DNA from: Armatimonadota bacterium
Lineage (GTDB): Bacteria; Armatimonadota; UBA5829; DTLH01
DNA: 64,000 nucleotides
Reading direction: 5' to 3'
Assembly: GCA_039679675.1 (NCBI GenBank)
Contig: JBDKUN010000059.1
Location: forward strand, 64,001 to 128,000
How positions within the stretch are numbered: position 1 is the stretch's first letter; the number at the start of each line of letters is the position of its first letter. Under the pieces are notes generated by a model. That model was not told the origin of the DNA. It saw only the letters and a program-made list of their open reading frames with translations, and searched no databases. Of the stretch, positions 39,230 through 50,600 are shown piece by piece. The translations under genes were made by a program, and so were the position numbers.

Positions 39230-40483
39230 TCAAATATCCATTTGCTGTTGTATTTTAACTAATATCTTTCCAGAAACTGGCTCCAACACATCTCTAGAGA
39301 ATATTGTATATTCCACCTCGAATGAAGATGTCTTTAAATTGTTATCAAATACAATGTATATTGACGGCAGACGAGTTGGTATTCCATGCATTGCTGTGCC
39401 TACACAATAAGAAAAACTCTGTAAGTCATGCTGTTTTGTCTCAGTGTGCCAAACAAAGTTGATATTATTCATCTTAGGAAGCGATCCCTTCAAATGATTA
39501 GGACCCAAGGAAATACCCGGCACAAACACTTCGTTAGGTCTTGGCATTTTGGGAGGTTCGGGTTTTCTAGGTAGATCATAATATAACTTAATGTCTAGTT
39601 CATTTGGGAGGGTTAACTCTATTCGCACATCATCAGCGGTTGCACTACCAGTATTTGTTAATAATAAATTAAGCGTCACCACAGAGCTTTCATATTCAGA
39701 TACTTCATTTAGATATTTCTCGTATGAAGCATAATATTTGCGTACATTCAATTCGTACTGATCATCGGTCATAATTGCTGCTAAACCAGCAGGCATCACT
39801 CCACGCCCAAGTTTGTAGGTGTTCCACTCCCGGTCCAATTCTGTTTCTTTTTCTTGTTTCGAACGGGGTTTGAGGACAAACTCCTTACACTTCTCATCGT
39901 TTTCAAACTTAACTTCGAGCTTGGGCATCCGGTTCTTTAGGAGTGTAATCTCACGCACCAACTCCTCGTTGCGTTTTTCAAGCGGATCTGGATCAGAAGG
40001 TAGTTTATATTTATTATCACCCCATAGTATTAACGGCAATTTTCGCCCCATAGCCTTCACTCGTATTCCGGGATCGGTAGTAAGAATGATAGCTGGACCA
40101 TCGGGATGATTTTCATTCCATTCTATCGCGTGTGCTATTATTCGATCATCTTTTATATCTTTGTCTAATCTATTCAAGTGAAAATCTATTGATGGTTCTG
40201 CATCGAGTATGCAAAGGCTGATGCCTTTTCGAATCACTGTTTTAAGGCTGTCATTAGTAATCTGAGAACTGATCCATTTTATGCAATGATTAGCACGGCT
40301 TCGTAGCTTCCTACTTTGATTTTGAGCATTATGCTTCTCTATCTCCTCGATTACTACTGGAGTTATGAGCAGTTCAACTTTATCTGCTTCCAATTCCTTA
40401 CACCAGTCTATCTCATCTGCTTGCCTGTAATGCATGAGAATATTCGTGTCGAGTATGATTGTTTTTTCTGTTCTATTTCCCAT
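39230..40483 (-). CDS. PIN-domain ribonuclease with coiled coil and C-terminal beta-rich domain
   Basis: ILDTN, VIEEIE, DDRII, LTTD acidic tetrad; AT-rich. Confidence 0.85.
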   Translation of the reverse strand: MGNRTEKTIILDTNILMHYRQADEIDWCKELEADKVELLITPVVIEEIEKHNAQNQSRKLRSRANHCIKWISSQITNDSLKTVIRKGISLCILDAEPSIDFHLNRLDKDIKDDRIIAHAIEWNENHPDGPAIILTTDPGIRVKAMGRKLPLILWGDNKYKLPSDPDPLEKRNEELVREITLLKNRMPKLEVKFENDEKCKEFVLKPRSKQEKETELDREWNTYKLGRGVMPAGLAAIMTDDQYELNVRKYYASYEKYLNEVSEYESSVVTLNLLLTNTGSATADDVRIELTLPNELDIKLYYDLPRKPEPPKMPRPNEVFVPGISLGPNHLKGSLPKMNNINFVWHTETKQHDLQSFSYCVGTAMHGIPTRLPSIYIVFDNNLKTSSFEVEYTIFSRDVLEPVSGKILVKIQQQMDI

Positions 40484-40607
40484 TTCAGAACATCCTTATC
40501 TGTTTCAAGCCGTTAGCGTAAAGTAAGATTTCTTTATTTCACAAGCACAACAAAAAGAGATATTCGGTCATAAAGACCTCTCAAAATGCTTTCACTGATA
40601 CACCTCA

Positions 40608-40646
40608 AAAACAAGCCCGTCCGAGTATCTCCCGGACGGGCTTGTT
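40608..40646 (-). terminator. Rho-independent terminator
   Basis: AACAAGCCCGTCCG/CGGACGGGCTTGTT stem with A-run on the + strand. Confidence 0.8.
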
Positions 40647-40652
40647 GATTAT

Positions 40653-41840
40653 TTATCCACGCCAGAGCGATAGATATACTGTCTCGTTATCTTTATTGGG
40701 CACGGTGACTTTCTTTGTCACGGTCTCGGATGTCTTGGGGTCCGTTATTTCTGCATCATAGGTCTGCCCGCCTGCAATTATGAAGTCGCGGGAGCCATCA
40801 ACTGTGTCCTGTGCGACTGTTTTACCGCCGAGCTTCAAAGCCACTTTTGCTTTGAACGATTTGCCATCCCCATTTACCAGGTCGAATTTAACGCTTCGCC
40901 TGTGGATATAGAAATCGGTCACGTTTTCAGCATATACATCGCGGACGCTGTATCTCCATGCCGGAGGGAAGCACGTATCCGTCCTTTTAAACGATATGGC
41001 AAAAACCGCGTATTCCGGTTTGGTTGGGTCGATTTTGGACACCCTATCGGTAAACCATGCCGTATCAAGATTGTTCGGCTCTCCGGCGCCGATGTATCTC
41101 CACTCATGAGTCCAGACTTCAGACCAGCAGTGGTTTTCAGGCTTGCCATCCCAGCAAAGTACGCCAACGACCCTCGATGGAATACCTACAGCACGGCAGG
41201 CATCGGTAATCAGGATCGAAAGGCTGGAGCATGACGCATAACCTATCTCGATGGACTCGTAAGGGCTCTGATTAGGCTTGCGGCACTTGGTAGCATGGTA
41301 TTGTACGTTAAAGGTCTTGAATACCTCTACGTTGAGCTTCTGCACGGCATCTTCCATCGTCTTGCAGTCTTTGACCATTACGCTGAACCGGTCGTAAAAG
41401 TCTTTCCGCCAATTGTCCCGCCTCTCGGTGAGGTTTGAATAGGGCAAAACATCGTTCAGGAAGAGGTCTTCGGGAACATCCTTGCCCCAAGGCATCGTTT
41501 TGCGGGCTTTGTAGGCGTACTCTACATCATCTACAAGGTAGTCCTTCTTCAGAGATACAAGATCGTCTTTCGCCATGTTGACGATGAGGAACTCCATAGC
41601 TTTCCGGTGTTTCGGATTCACAGCCTTAAGCGCTGCTTCGAGCTGGCAGCGATTGTTTCCTGCTTCTTCAAGAGCCTTTTCGAGATTTCTTGTACCTTTA
41701 CTGGCAGCCACAGCCGCCGACGATTCTTTCTGGTCTATATTCATATTTACTGCTTTTTTCGATGCTGCGGATACAACGCCAGTGATAACAACGCTGAGCA
41801 CTGTCACGACAACCACAGCGAGAGTAGTGATACGACGCAC
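40653..41840 (-). CDS. Exported transglutaminase-like domain protein
   Basis: ASCSSLSIL..ACRAVGIPSRVVG..NHCWSEVW; signal peptide. Confidence 0.85.
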   Translation of the reverse strand: MRRITTLAVVVVTVLSVVITGVVSAASKKAVNMNIDQKESSAAVAASKGTRNLEKALEEAGNNRCQLEAALKAVNPKHRKAMEFLIVNMAKDDLVSLKKDYLVDDVEYAYKARKTMPWGKDVPEDLFLNDVLPYSNLTERRDNWRKDFYDRFSVMVKDCKTMEDAVQKLNVEVFKTFNVQYHATKCRKPNQSPYESIEIGYASCSSLSILITDACRAVGIPSRVVGVLCWDGKPENHCWSEVWTHEWRYIGAGEPNNLDTAWFTDRVSKIDPTKPEYAVFAISFKRTDTCFPPAWRYSVRDVYAENVTDFYIHRRSVKFDLVNGDGKSFKAKVALKLGGKTVAQDTVDGSRDFIIAGGQTYDAEITDPKTSETVTKKVTVPNKDNETVYLSLWRG

Positions 41841-41875
41841 TCTATTGCCTCCTATTATAATATTTCCGGTCGTAT

Positions 41876-43054
41876 TTATACTTTCTCATTCATTTCTTTA
41901 AAAAGACGGCTTCCGATCATAAGGGCTCTCGGCAGGTGGAAACATCCTTTCCACTTTCCGCCCTTCAGGCTCAAATGAGGTTCGCCCTGGCGGTTCAGAT
42001 AACCGAACCACTCGCCGTACTCTGCGTCCGGGAACCTCTGCCATGCGTAGTCATGGACCTTCTTATACCAGTCCCAGCACTCTTTTCTGCCGGTCAGGTG
42101 ATAGCCCATCGCCATAGCGATTAGCGTTTCAAGGTGTACCCACCACAGTTTCTGGTCCCATTCCAGCTGCTGGGTCGGCCTGCCCTTCGTGTCCATGAAG
42201 TAGAAAATGCCGCCGTATTTCTCATCCCATGCATAGTTCAGGATACTGAGCGCAACATCCGTGCACCTGTTGACGAGAGCAGTGTCATTTCTCTTATGGG
42301 CTATGTCCATGATGAACCACATGCCCTCGATGCCATGTCCCGGATTGATGAGCCTGCCATCGAAGCAGTCGATATGCTTTGCATCAGGGGTTACATACTC
42401 GAAAATGAGCCCCATGTCCCTATCTACAAAGTCATTCATGACCTCTTCTATTATACCAGTGAGCGTGCTTTTAGTATAATCGGCTGGAAGCATCCATTCC
42501 ATCTCCGAGAACAAGCTAGAGATCATCATAGGGAGCGCGAATGCCTTCATGGGCCGTGTGCCGGGGTATGCTTTTGTGTATTTGCCTTTAGGATTGTCTT
42601 TGCGTCTCAGAACATTATCGAATGCCTGCTTTGCTATTGTTTTTGCTTCCTCATTGCCGCTTGCGAGAGCATACTGGCTGAATGCCATTGCTGCAAAACA
42701 GTCGGAAAGCACGTTATACGGCTGTACCAGCGGGTCCCCCGCCCTATCAAGCGCAAAATACCAGTCGCCGTTCTCATCCTTTCCGTGCTTTCTGAGGAAA
42801 TCCGCGCCATGTCTGGCTGTTTCCAGCCATTCGGACCGTTTTTCGAACCTGTTGTAGAGCACAGAGAACATCCATGTCTCCCGGCACTGAAGCCAGATAA
42901 ACTTATCCGTATCATACACGCTGCCGTCGCGGTCAAGGCAGGTAAAATAACCTCCGCACTCTTTATCTATAGAGTGGTTCATCCAGAATGGCAGAACATC
43001 GTCCAGAAGCGTATCAGTATAGAGCTTCTGCAGCTTTGCAAGCTCGTCTTTCAT
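41876..43054 (-). CDS. N-acylglucosamine 2-epimerase (AGE family)
   Basis: [34 protein letters not shown]. Confidence 0.93.
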   Translation of the reverse strand: MKDELAKLQKLYTDTLLDDVLPFWMNHSIDKECGGYFTCLDRDGSVYDTDKFIWLQCRETWMFSVLYNRFEKRSEWLETARHGADFLRKHGKDENGDWYFALDRAGDPLVQPYNVLSDCFAAMAFSQYALASGNEEAKTIAKQAFDNVLRRKDNPKGKYTKAYPGTRPMKAFALPMMISSLFSEMEWMLPADYTKSTLTGIIEEVMNDFVDRDMGLIFEYVTPDAKHIDCFDGRLINPGHGIEGMWFIMDIAHKRNDTALVNRCTDVALSILNYAWDEKYGGIFYFMDTKGRPTQQLEWDQKLWWVHLETLIAMAMGYHLTGRKECWDWYKKVHDYAWQRFPDAEYGEWFGYLNRQGEPHLSLKGGKWKGCFHLPRALMIGSRLFKEMNEKV

Positions 43055-43248
43055 CCAAATCTCCTGTCGTTTTAACAAAAACTGCTGTATGGTCCCTCGA
43101 TTACATCAATATGTATAGCACATTCCGGTGGAAAGGTCTATCTGCATGTTCAAGCAAAGCGGCAGGTGGGTAAGAAGCAATCGTACTTACGGCGTTGCAG
43201 CCAACCGGCTATTGGCCGGGTATTTCGACTTGCAAGGAGTGAACGGAT

Positions 43249-43869
43249 ATGCGCGCGCTCGTTATTCTATTGGTCTTCCTAATCCCGGCGATAATAATCG
43301 GATGCGGCAGCAGCGTGGATCAAGATACCGTGGTAAATATAAGAGACAATGCGTTCGATCCAACTACCCTGACTGTCTCTCCCGGCACTACCGTAAGGTT
43401 CACCAATTCCGACAACACCACCCACACAATTGTTAGCGGCAGCCTGACTGCTACGAGCAGCCCGCAAACTATATCTGTCAGCTTGCTAGATACTCAGTTT
43501 TCGAGAAGCACCCTTACGGTACATCTCAACGATACTGTGAGGTTTGTTAATGCGAGCAACAGCAACAGACAGATAGAAGTGAAAGATAATAGCAACCTTG
43601 ATGTAGTCTATCTCACGCCTGTGCTGGCGCCGCAGGAATCAAATGACTTTAGAACAACTGCAACCGGAATATTCCAAGTGCGAGACGCTAGTAATGCTGC
43701 GGTCCAGATGACTCTTACGGTAGAAGGAGTGCCTAACCCTGATGGGCGTTTTTCCAGCAGCGTTCTCGCCCCAGGAGAGCACTTCGAGTTCCAGTTCAAT
43801 ACAGCGGGTGAGTTCCCGTTCTTCTGCGGGCAGCATAACATAGAACAAGGGACGATAGTCGTAGAATAA
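43249..43869 (+). CDS. Cupredoxin-domain lipoprotein
   Basis: Lipobox IIGC; FDPTTLTV..VRFTN..HT; GEFPFFCGQH. Confidence 0.82.
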   Translation: MRALVILLVFLIPAIIIGCGSSVDQDTVVNIRDNAFDPTTLTVSPGTTVRFTNSDNTTHTIVSGSLTATSSPQTISVSLLDTQFSRSTLTVHLNDTVRFVNASNSNRQIEVKDNSNLDVVYLTPVLAPQESNDFRTTATGIFQVRDASNAAVQMTLTVEGVPNPDGRFSSSVLAPGEHFEFQFNTAGEFPFFCGQHNIEQGTIVVE

Positions 43870-44067
43870 TGATGTGAAGTTTCGACATTTTGAGATTCTT
43901 CACTTTTACAGAGCAGTAGTGGCTGTGTGCGCTTACCACTTATTTGCTTCCACGCAGATAAACAATCTGCACGGTTAATATGTAAGTCAAATCCCCGTCT
44001 TTTAACACTATGTCTATACTGCTCCTGGCCAGGCAATTGTTTCTTCAATATTTGAAAGGTCTATAAT

Positions 44068-45060
44068 ATGCTGAAAGGGTTGTATATACTCGATAAGGGC
44101 TTTATTAATGTTATCTACGGCCCAACCGAGATGGCTGACATCGCCCGGCTGATAAACATCTACATGCCGCCGCTGACTGCACAGGATGTGAAGAATGACC
44201 CGTCCGTACTCAAAGATGCGGATGTAATTATGTCCGGCTGGGGCTGCATTCCCATGACAAAAGACATTCTTGACGCAGCGCCGAACTTGAAAGCCGTGTT
44301 TTACGGAGCAGGGTCAATAAAAAGTATCACTACTGAAGATTTTTGGGACCGGGGTATTGTGATAACAAGCGGATACGCTGCAAACGGTATCCCAGTAGCC
44401 GAGTATACTCTCTCCCAGGTCATATTCTGCCTGAAATCCGGCTGGAGGTTCGCTCAATCCATTCGCGAACAGAAAAACAATAAGGCACAATTCCCAATAT
44501 ACGGCGCATACGGCAGCACTGTGGGGATAATATCGCTCGGAATGGTCGGCAGGAAAGTCTGCGAACTGCTCAAAAATCTCGATGTCAATGTCATCTGCTG
44601 CGACCCGTTTGCCGATGACAATACAGCAGCCGAACTCGGAGTCACATTATGCACTCTTGAAGAAGTATTCAGCAAGTCACACGTCGTATCGCTCCACACG
44701 CCGCTTCTGGAACAGACCAGAGGGATGATCCGCAGCGAGCATTTCGAAATGATGAAGCCGTATTCAAGTTTCATCAACACTTCGAGAGGCGCAGTCATCC
44801 GCGAAAACGAGATGATCGAAGTCCTGAAGAAAAGGCCGGACATACAGGCGGTGCTGGACGTCACTTCACCTGAGCCGCCAGCCCCTGATTCTCCGCTCTA
44901 TGATCTACCGAATGTGGTTCTAACCCCGCACATCGCCGGATCGAAAGACGATGAATGCAGGCGGATGGGACGTTACATGGTGGAAGAACTGGAACGCTAC
45001 CTGCGCGACGAAAAGCTCCTATGGGAAATAACCCGGCAGATGGCCGGCACACTTGCTTGA
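44068..45060 (+). CDS. D-2-hydroxyacid dehydrogenase family protein
   Basis: SLGMVG, FINTSRG, LDVT..EP, TPHIAG. Confidence 0.92.
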   Translation: MLKGLYILDKGFINVIYGPTEMADIARLINIYMPPLTAQDVKNDPSVLKDADVIMSGWGCIPMTKDILDAAPNLKAVFYGAGSIKSITTEDFWDRGIVITSGYAANGIPVAEYTLSQVIFCLKSGWRFAQSIREQKNNKAQFPIYGAYGSTVGIISLGMVGRKVCELLKNLDVNVICCDPFADDNTAAELGVTLCTLEEVFSKSHVVSLHTPLLEQTRGMIRSEHFEMMKPYSSFINTSRGAVIRENEMIEVLKKRPDIQAVLDVTSPEPPAPDSPLYDLPNVVLTPHIAGSKDDECRRMGRYMVEELERYLRDEKLLWEITRQMAGTLA

Positions 45061-45067
45061 AAGGGCT

Positions 45068-45832
45068 ATGCAGATGCTCTCGACCGGTTTGGTTTCCGTA
45101 ACTTTCAGACAGCTTTCCCCGTTTGAAATAGTAAACCTGGTAAAGCAGGCGGGACTAGACTCAATCGAATGGGGCGGTGACATACACATTCCTCACGGCG
45201 ATATAGCGAGAGCTCGTGAAGTCGGCAAAATTACTGCCGATGCCGGACTCAAGGTAGCATGTTACGGTTCTTACTATCGCTTGGGGCAGGACGAGAACAC
45301 TCCATTCGACGAAATACTAGAAACAGCGCTTGCATGCGGCGCGCCGCTCATAAGAGTCTGGGCAGGAAGCAAAAAGTCCATAGATGCAGATGAATCCTGC
45401 AGAGAGTCCGTCATAGCAGACGCTCGCAGGATCTGTGACGCTGCTCAATCGGCAGGAATATCGATTACAGTCGAGCACCACTGTGATACGCTCGCTGACA
45501 CTGTAGCTTCATCGCTGCGGTTGATGAAGGAAGTGGATCATTCGGCCATCAGGATCAATTGGCAACCGCAGATCGGCGTCTCGACGGATGATTGCGTTGC
45601 CGGCCTTAAAAGCATGCTCTCCTGGCTGAGTAATGTCCACGTGTTCCAATGGATAAAGTCCTATTCCGACAGGTACCCGCTTGCGGATGGCGAAGAAGCT
45701 TGGAAGCGATGCATAGCTGCTGTGGTATCGAGCGGACGCGGCCACTGTTTTCTTATCGAATTTGTTGCTGGTGACACCCCTGAAGCATTTCTGCGCGATG
45801 CTGCGGATCTTCGGCGGTGGGTGACAAAATAA
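45068..45832 (+). CDS. Sugar phosphate isomerase/epimerase (TIM-barrel) family protein
   Basis: IEWGGD.H, IRVWAG, EHH, HVF, IEF; start uncertain (45053-45074). Confidence 0.85.
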   Translation: MQMLSTGLVSVTFRQLSPFEIVNLVKQAGLDSIEWGGDIHIPHGDIARAREVGKITADAGLKVACYGSYYRLGQDENTPFDEILETALACGAPLIRVWAGSKKSIDADESCRESVIADARRICDAAQSAGISITVEHHCDTLADTVASSLRLMKEVDHSAIRINWQPQIGVSTDDCVAGLKSMLSWLSNVHVFQWIKSYSDRYPLADGEEAWKRCIAAVVSSGRGHCFLIEFVAGDTPEAFLRDAADLRRWVTK

Positions 45833-45870
45833 AATAGCCCGGAAGTATATTTCAGCCTCCGGGCTTTTTA
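45833..45870. terminator. Bidirectional terminator
   Basis: AGCCCGGA/TCCGGGCT stem with flanking A/T runs between convergent genes. Confidence 0.7.
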
Positions 45871-45881
45871 CTTATCTGGTT

Positions 45882-47657
45882 TTATTTGACCAGTTCTTCT
45901 ACAATCTCGTCGGAGGTTTTCTCCGATACAGGATATTTCTTTCGCTTCGTGTATTGCGTGTGCAGAAGTTCATGCGACTTGTGGCCGAGCGGCTTGCCGA
46001 GGAACTCCTCGTAAAGCGCGATTACGGCCGGGTTCTCATGCGATTTGCGGATCGGAAGATTCGCGTCCTCGTCGTAGATACCCTTCATACGGGCCTTGCG
46101 GACCTCGTCGGTCGTCGGAATCGGTTGTCCGCCTCCTCCAAGACATCCGCCGGGGCAGCACATGATCTCGATGAAGTGGTAATCGGCCTCTCCGGCAGCG
46201 ATCTTATCCATCAGCTTCCTTGCATTGGAAAGTCCGCTCGCAACAGCTACTTTCACGTCCAGATCGCCGACCTTTACTGTCGCTTCCTTGACTCCTTCGA
46301 GCCCGCGGACGTCCATGAAGTCCACGTTTTCGAGAGTTTTGCCGGTTACGACTTCGTATACGGTCCTTAGAGCCGCTTCCATAACGCCGCCGGTCGCTCC
46401 GAAGATGACTGCCGCGCCGGTCGATATGCCAAGCGGGTCGTCGAACTTGCCATCCGGCAGTTTCGCGAAGTCGAGGCCCATCTCGCGGATCATTTTGCCC
46501 GCTTCACGGGTCGTCAAGACCGCGTCGATGTCCGGTATGCCGTTATTGACCGTCATTTCAGCCCTTCCGGCCTCAAATTTCTTGGCCGTGCAGGGCATGA
46601 TCGAGACGACATATATGTCTTCCGGTTTGACACCGATCTTATCGGCATAGTAGGTCTTGGCAAGAGCACCGAACATCTGCTGCGGGCTCTTGCAGCTCGA
46701 TAGATGCGGCAGAAGGTCGGGATAGAAGTGCTCGATGAACTTGATCCATCCCGGCGAGCAGGATGTTATCATCGGGAGCGTTCCACCCGTCTGTAGCCGC
46801 TGAAGGAGCTCATTTCCTTCTTCTAAGATCGTAAGGTCCGCAGTGAAGTCGGTGTCGAACACCTTGTCGAACCCCATAGCGCGAAGAGCCGTGACCATTT
46901 TGCCCGTCACTCTCGACCCCGGAGCCATTCCGAACTCTTCACCTATCGCAACACGGACGGCAGGAGCGGTCTGGACTACTACGTGCTTGTTCGGGTCGGC
47001 GAGTGCCTTCCAGACAGCTTCCGTAGAATCTCGCTCATGTAGCGCGTTCACCGGGCAGACACTTACGCACTGCCCACAGAGGACGCACGCAACGTCGTTC
47101 AGGTCTTTTTTGAGCGCCGGGGTTACGACTGTGTCGAATCCGCGTTCCATAGTGAAAAGCGCTCCGACACCCTGCACCTGCTGGCACACGGTCACGCACC
47201 TTCGGCACAGGATACACTTGCTGCTGTCGCGGACAATCGCCGGGGATGATGTGTCCACAAGTGACGGCGGCATCTCTCCCTCGAACCTGGACTGCTGGAT
47301 TCCGAGCTGTTTTGCGACCTGCTGCAGCTCGCAGTTAAGGCTTCGTCCGCAGGTTGTGCATTCCTGCCTGTGGGCAGAAAGCATCAGCTCCACTACGGTC
47401 CTTCGTGCAGCCCGGACCCTCGGAGTATTCGTCTTGACGACGATTCCTTCTGCTGCGGGATATACACAGGATGCCTGAAGTCCGCGCGCTTTTTCGATCT
47501 CTACGAGGCATACCCTACATGCCCCGATTGCATGCACATCCTTAAGGTAGCACAAGGTCGGAATGCCTATTCCTACGGACCTTGCAGCCTCAAGGACGGT
47601 CGTGCCATTCGGCACAGTCACTTGCATACCGTCTATAGTTAAGGTTACGTTCTCCAT
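45882..47657 (-). CDS. hydA: [FeFe]-hydrogenase catalytic subunit, group A multimeric (HydA/HndD)
   Basis: N-terminal [2Fe-2S], His-ligated and 2x[4Fe-4S] motifs; P1 TSCSPGW, P2 MPCTAKKFE, P3 EIMCCPGGCLGGGG. Confidence 0.95.
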   Translation of the reverse strand: MENVTLTIDGMQVTVPNGTTVLEAARSVGIGIPTLCYLKDVHAIGACRVCLVEIEKARGLQASCVYPAAEGIVVKTNTPRVRAARRTVVELMLSAHRQECTTCGRSLNCELQQVAKQLGIQQSRFEGEMPPSLVDTSSPAIVRDSSKCILCRRCVTVCQQVQGVGALFTMERGFDTVVTPALKKDLNDVACVLCGQCVSVCPVNALHERDSTEAVWKALADPNKHVVVQTAPAVRVAIGEEFGMAPGSRVTGKMVTALRAMGFDKVFDTDFTADLTILEEGNELLQRLQTGGTLPMITSCSPGWIKFIEHFYPDLLPHLSSCKSPQQMFGALAKTYYADKIGVKPEDIYVVSIMPCTAKKFEAGRAEMTVNNGIPDIDAVLTTREAGKMIREMGLDFAKLPDGKFDDPLGISTGAAVIFGATGGVMEAALRTVYEVVTGKTLENVDFMDVRGLEGVKEATVKVGDLDVKVAVASGLSNARKLMDKIAAGEADYHFIEIMCCPGGCLGGGGQPIPTTDEVRKARMKGIYDEDANLPIRKSHENPAVIALYEEFLGKPLGHKSHELLHTQYTKRKKYPVSEKTSDEIVEELVK

Positions 47658-47660
47658 TGC

Positions 47661-50600
47661 TTATTTCGCCTCCAAGCTACACGCATCGCAGCGCAGGCAT
47701 CTGTTGGCCTCTTTAATAGCCTCATCTCTGGAGAATCCAAGCTCCACCTCCGTGGTTCTCGTTCTCTCCGACACCGCAATCACCGGCATCTTGGCCCTCG
47801 GTGTCTCGACTATGTCGTCGGCATCCTCAGGAGGGGCCGGAATTGTGATGTCCTCGACATCCGACGGAATCTCGCCGGTCCCGCCCAGGTATTTGTCGAT
47901 TCCCTGAGCAGCTTTGATACCGGCTCCGATGGCCTCGATTACCGTTGCGGGTCCTGTGACCACATCGCCTCCGGCAAAGATGCCGTTAGCTGAGGTCATT
48001 GCGCTCTGCCTGTCGATCCAGACCTTGCCGCGCTTCGTTTCGACGGTATTGCCGCCGAGGTAGCCCAGTTCCGGCTCCTGGCTGATAGCCGAGATGACGG
48101 AATCCACTGGAATGTCGATAAATGCGCCTTCGATAGCCTTCGGGCTTCGGCGTCCGCTCTTGTCGAACTCCCTAAGCTCCAGAAGCTGGCATCTGAGCGT
48201 CTTGACCTTGCCGTTCTCGCCGACGGCCTCTATCGGAGCAGCCAGGAACTTGATCTTGACTCCCTCGACTTCAGCTTCGTGGATCTCATGCGGATCGGCA
48301 GGCATATCTTCCCGCAGTCTTCGATAAACGATGGTGACGTTCTTCGCGCCGAGCCTTACGGCTGTTCTCGCGGCGTCGATGGCAGCGTTTCCGCCGCCGA
48401 CTACGGCCACGTTCTCGCCGACGTCGATCTTTTCGCCCATCTGAACGTCGCGCAGGAACTTGAGCGAATCGAATACGCCCTTCTGTTCCTCACCGGGAAT
48501 CTCCAGCGTCCAGCTCTTGTCTGCGCCGGTCCCGATGAAGATTGCATCGAAGTCCTTCTTGATCGTTTCCATCGGAATGTCTTTTCCGACTCTGGTGTTG
48601 GTCTTGATCGTGACTCCGAGGTTCTCGATAGCCTTGATCTCCTGCCTGAGCACGGCCTTCGGCAGCCTGTATTCGGGAATTCCCCAAACGAGCATACCGC
48701 CGGCTTCAGGAAGTGCCTCAAAAACGGTCGGGCTGTGGCCCATTCTTGCCAGGTGATAAGCAGCCGTAAGTCCTGCAGGCCCGCCGCCGATGATGGCGAC
48801 CTTCTTGCCGGTCTTTTCAGCTCTCATCTTGACCTGAGGCAGCTTGTGGTCTTTGAACTCCTGGTCCGCAACGTATCTCTTCAGGTTGCGGATAGAGAGC
48901 GGCTCGTCGACCTGGCTTCTCCGGCACTTGTCCTCGCACAGAGCGTTGCATACGCGTCCGCACACCGCTGCAAACGGGTTGTGATCGCGGACGATTCTGA
49001 GGGCATCGGTGAACCTTCGCTGAGAAATGAGCGCAAGATACTTCGGAACGCTCGTTCCGGCCGGGCATGTGTGGGCACATGGGGCCTCGAAGAGCGAGTT
49101 ACACACGCACGCAGGGCACTTCTTGTCCCTGATGTGCGCTTCATACTCGTGCCTGAAGTACTTGAGGGTGGAAAGCACCGGGTTCGGAGCTGTCTGACCG
49201 AGTCCGCAGAGCGCAGAGTCCTTGATCCTCTGTCCGAGTTCTTCGAGTAGCTCGATATCGCCTTCCTTGCCCTGTCCGTGAGCAATCCGGTCGAGGATCT
49301 CAAGCATCCTCTTCGTTCCAACGCGGCACGGGGTGCACTTTCCGCACGATTCATCCTGGATGAAGTCGAGGAAGAACCGTGCAAGGTCGACCATACAGGT
49401 CCCCTCGTCCATGATGATAAGTCCGCCTGAACCCATCATTGCGCCGAGTTCGATCAGCGAATCGTAGTCCATCGGGACGTTCAGGTGCTCTTTCGGAATA
49501 CATCCGCCGGAAGGCCCACCGGCCTGTGCAGCCTTGAACTTCTTCCCGCCTCGGATGCCGCCGCCGATGTCGTAGATGATCGTTCCGAGGTCTGTTCCCA
49601 TCGGGACTTCCACAAGACCGGTGTTGTTGATATTTCCGGCAAGCGCGAAGATTTTTGTTCCCTTGCTCTTCTCGGTCCCGATCTGTGCGTACTCCTCTGC
49701 ACCCATTCTGATGATGAGCGGGATGTTTCCGTAGGTCTCGACGTTGTTCAGAACGGTCGGGCTCATCCAGAGTCCTGAATGAGCAGGGAACGGAGGTCTT
49801 GGGCGAGGTTCCCCTCGTTTACCTTCGATTGAGGCCATCAGGGCGGTCTCTTCACCGCAGACGAACGCTCCGGCGCCCATCCTTATCTCCAGGCTGAACT
49901 TGTGCCCGGTTCCGAGGACGTTATCTCCCAAAATGCCGTATTCTCTGGCCTGTTTGAGCGCATGGCTCAACCGCTCTATGGCAAGCGGATACTCTGCTCT
50001 TACATATACATAACCGACGGATGCACCTATCGCGTAGCCGCCGATAATCATCCCCTCGATAACTGCATGAGGATCGCCTTCTAGAAGGCTTCTGTCCATA
50101 AACGCGCCGGGGTCGCCCTCGTCAGCGTTGCACAGGATGTATTTTTGTTCGCCTTGTGCGTCGGCTGCGAACTGCCACTTGAGCCCGGTGGGGAATCCAC
50201 CACCACCGCGACCGCGCAGCCCGCTCTTTTTAATTTCTTCGATGACATCCTTCGGAGTCATCTCCGTTAAGACTTTACCAAGTGCCGAATAGCCGTCCTT
50301 TGCTATGTATTCATCGATATTTGCAGGGTCGATGACGCCGCAGTTGCTCAAGACGAGTTTCTTCTGCCTCTTGAAGAACGGCATCTCATCGATTGTGGTA
50401 ACAGCACCTTCGCCGTGACCGTCATGGTGGAGCAGGTCTGTTACAACTCTACCTTTCAAGAGGTGCTCCTCGACGATCCTTACGGCATCTTCCGGTTTTA
50501 ACTTCTTATAGAACGTCCCTTCAGGGGAGACGACGATGACAGGTCCGAGATGGCAGGCACCGATACAACCGGTTTGGATCACCTGAATCTCATCCTGCAG

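Noticed and set aside
40620..40640. Possible attR copy of the tRNA-Leu 3' end
   Set aside because: Similarity is weak and the sequence is explained as a terminator hairpin.
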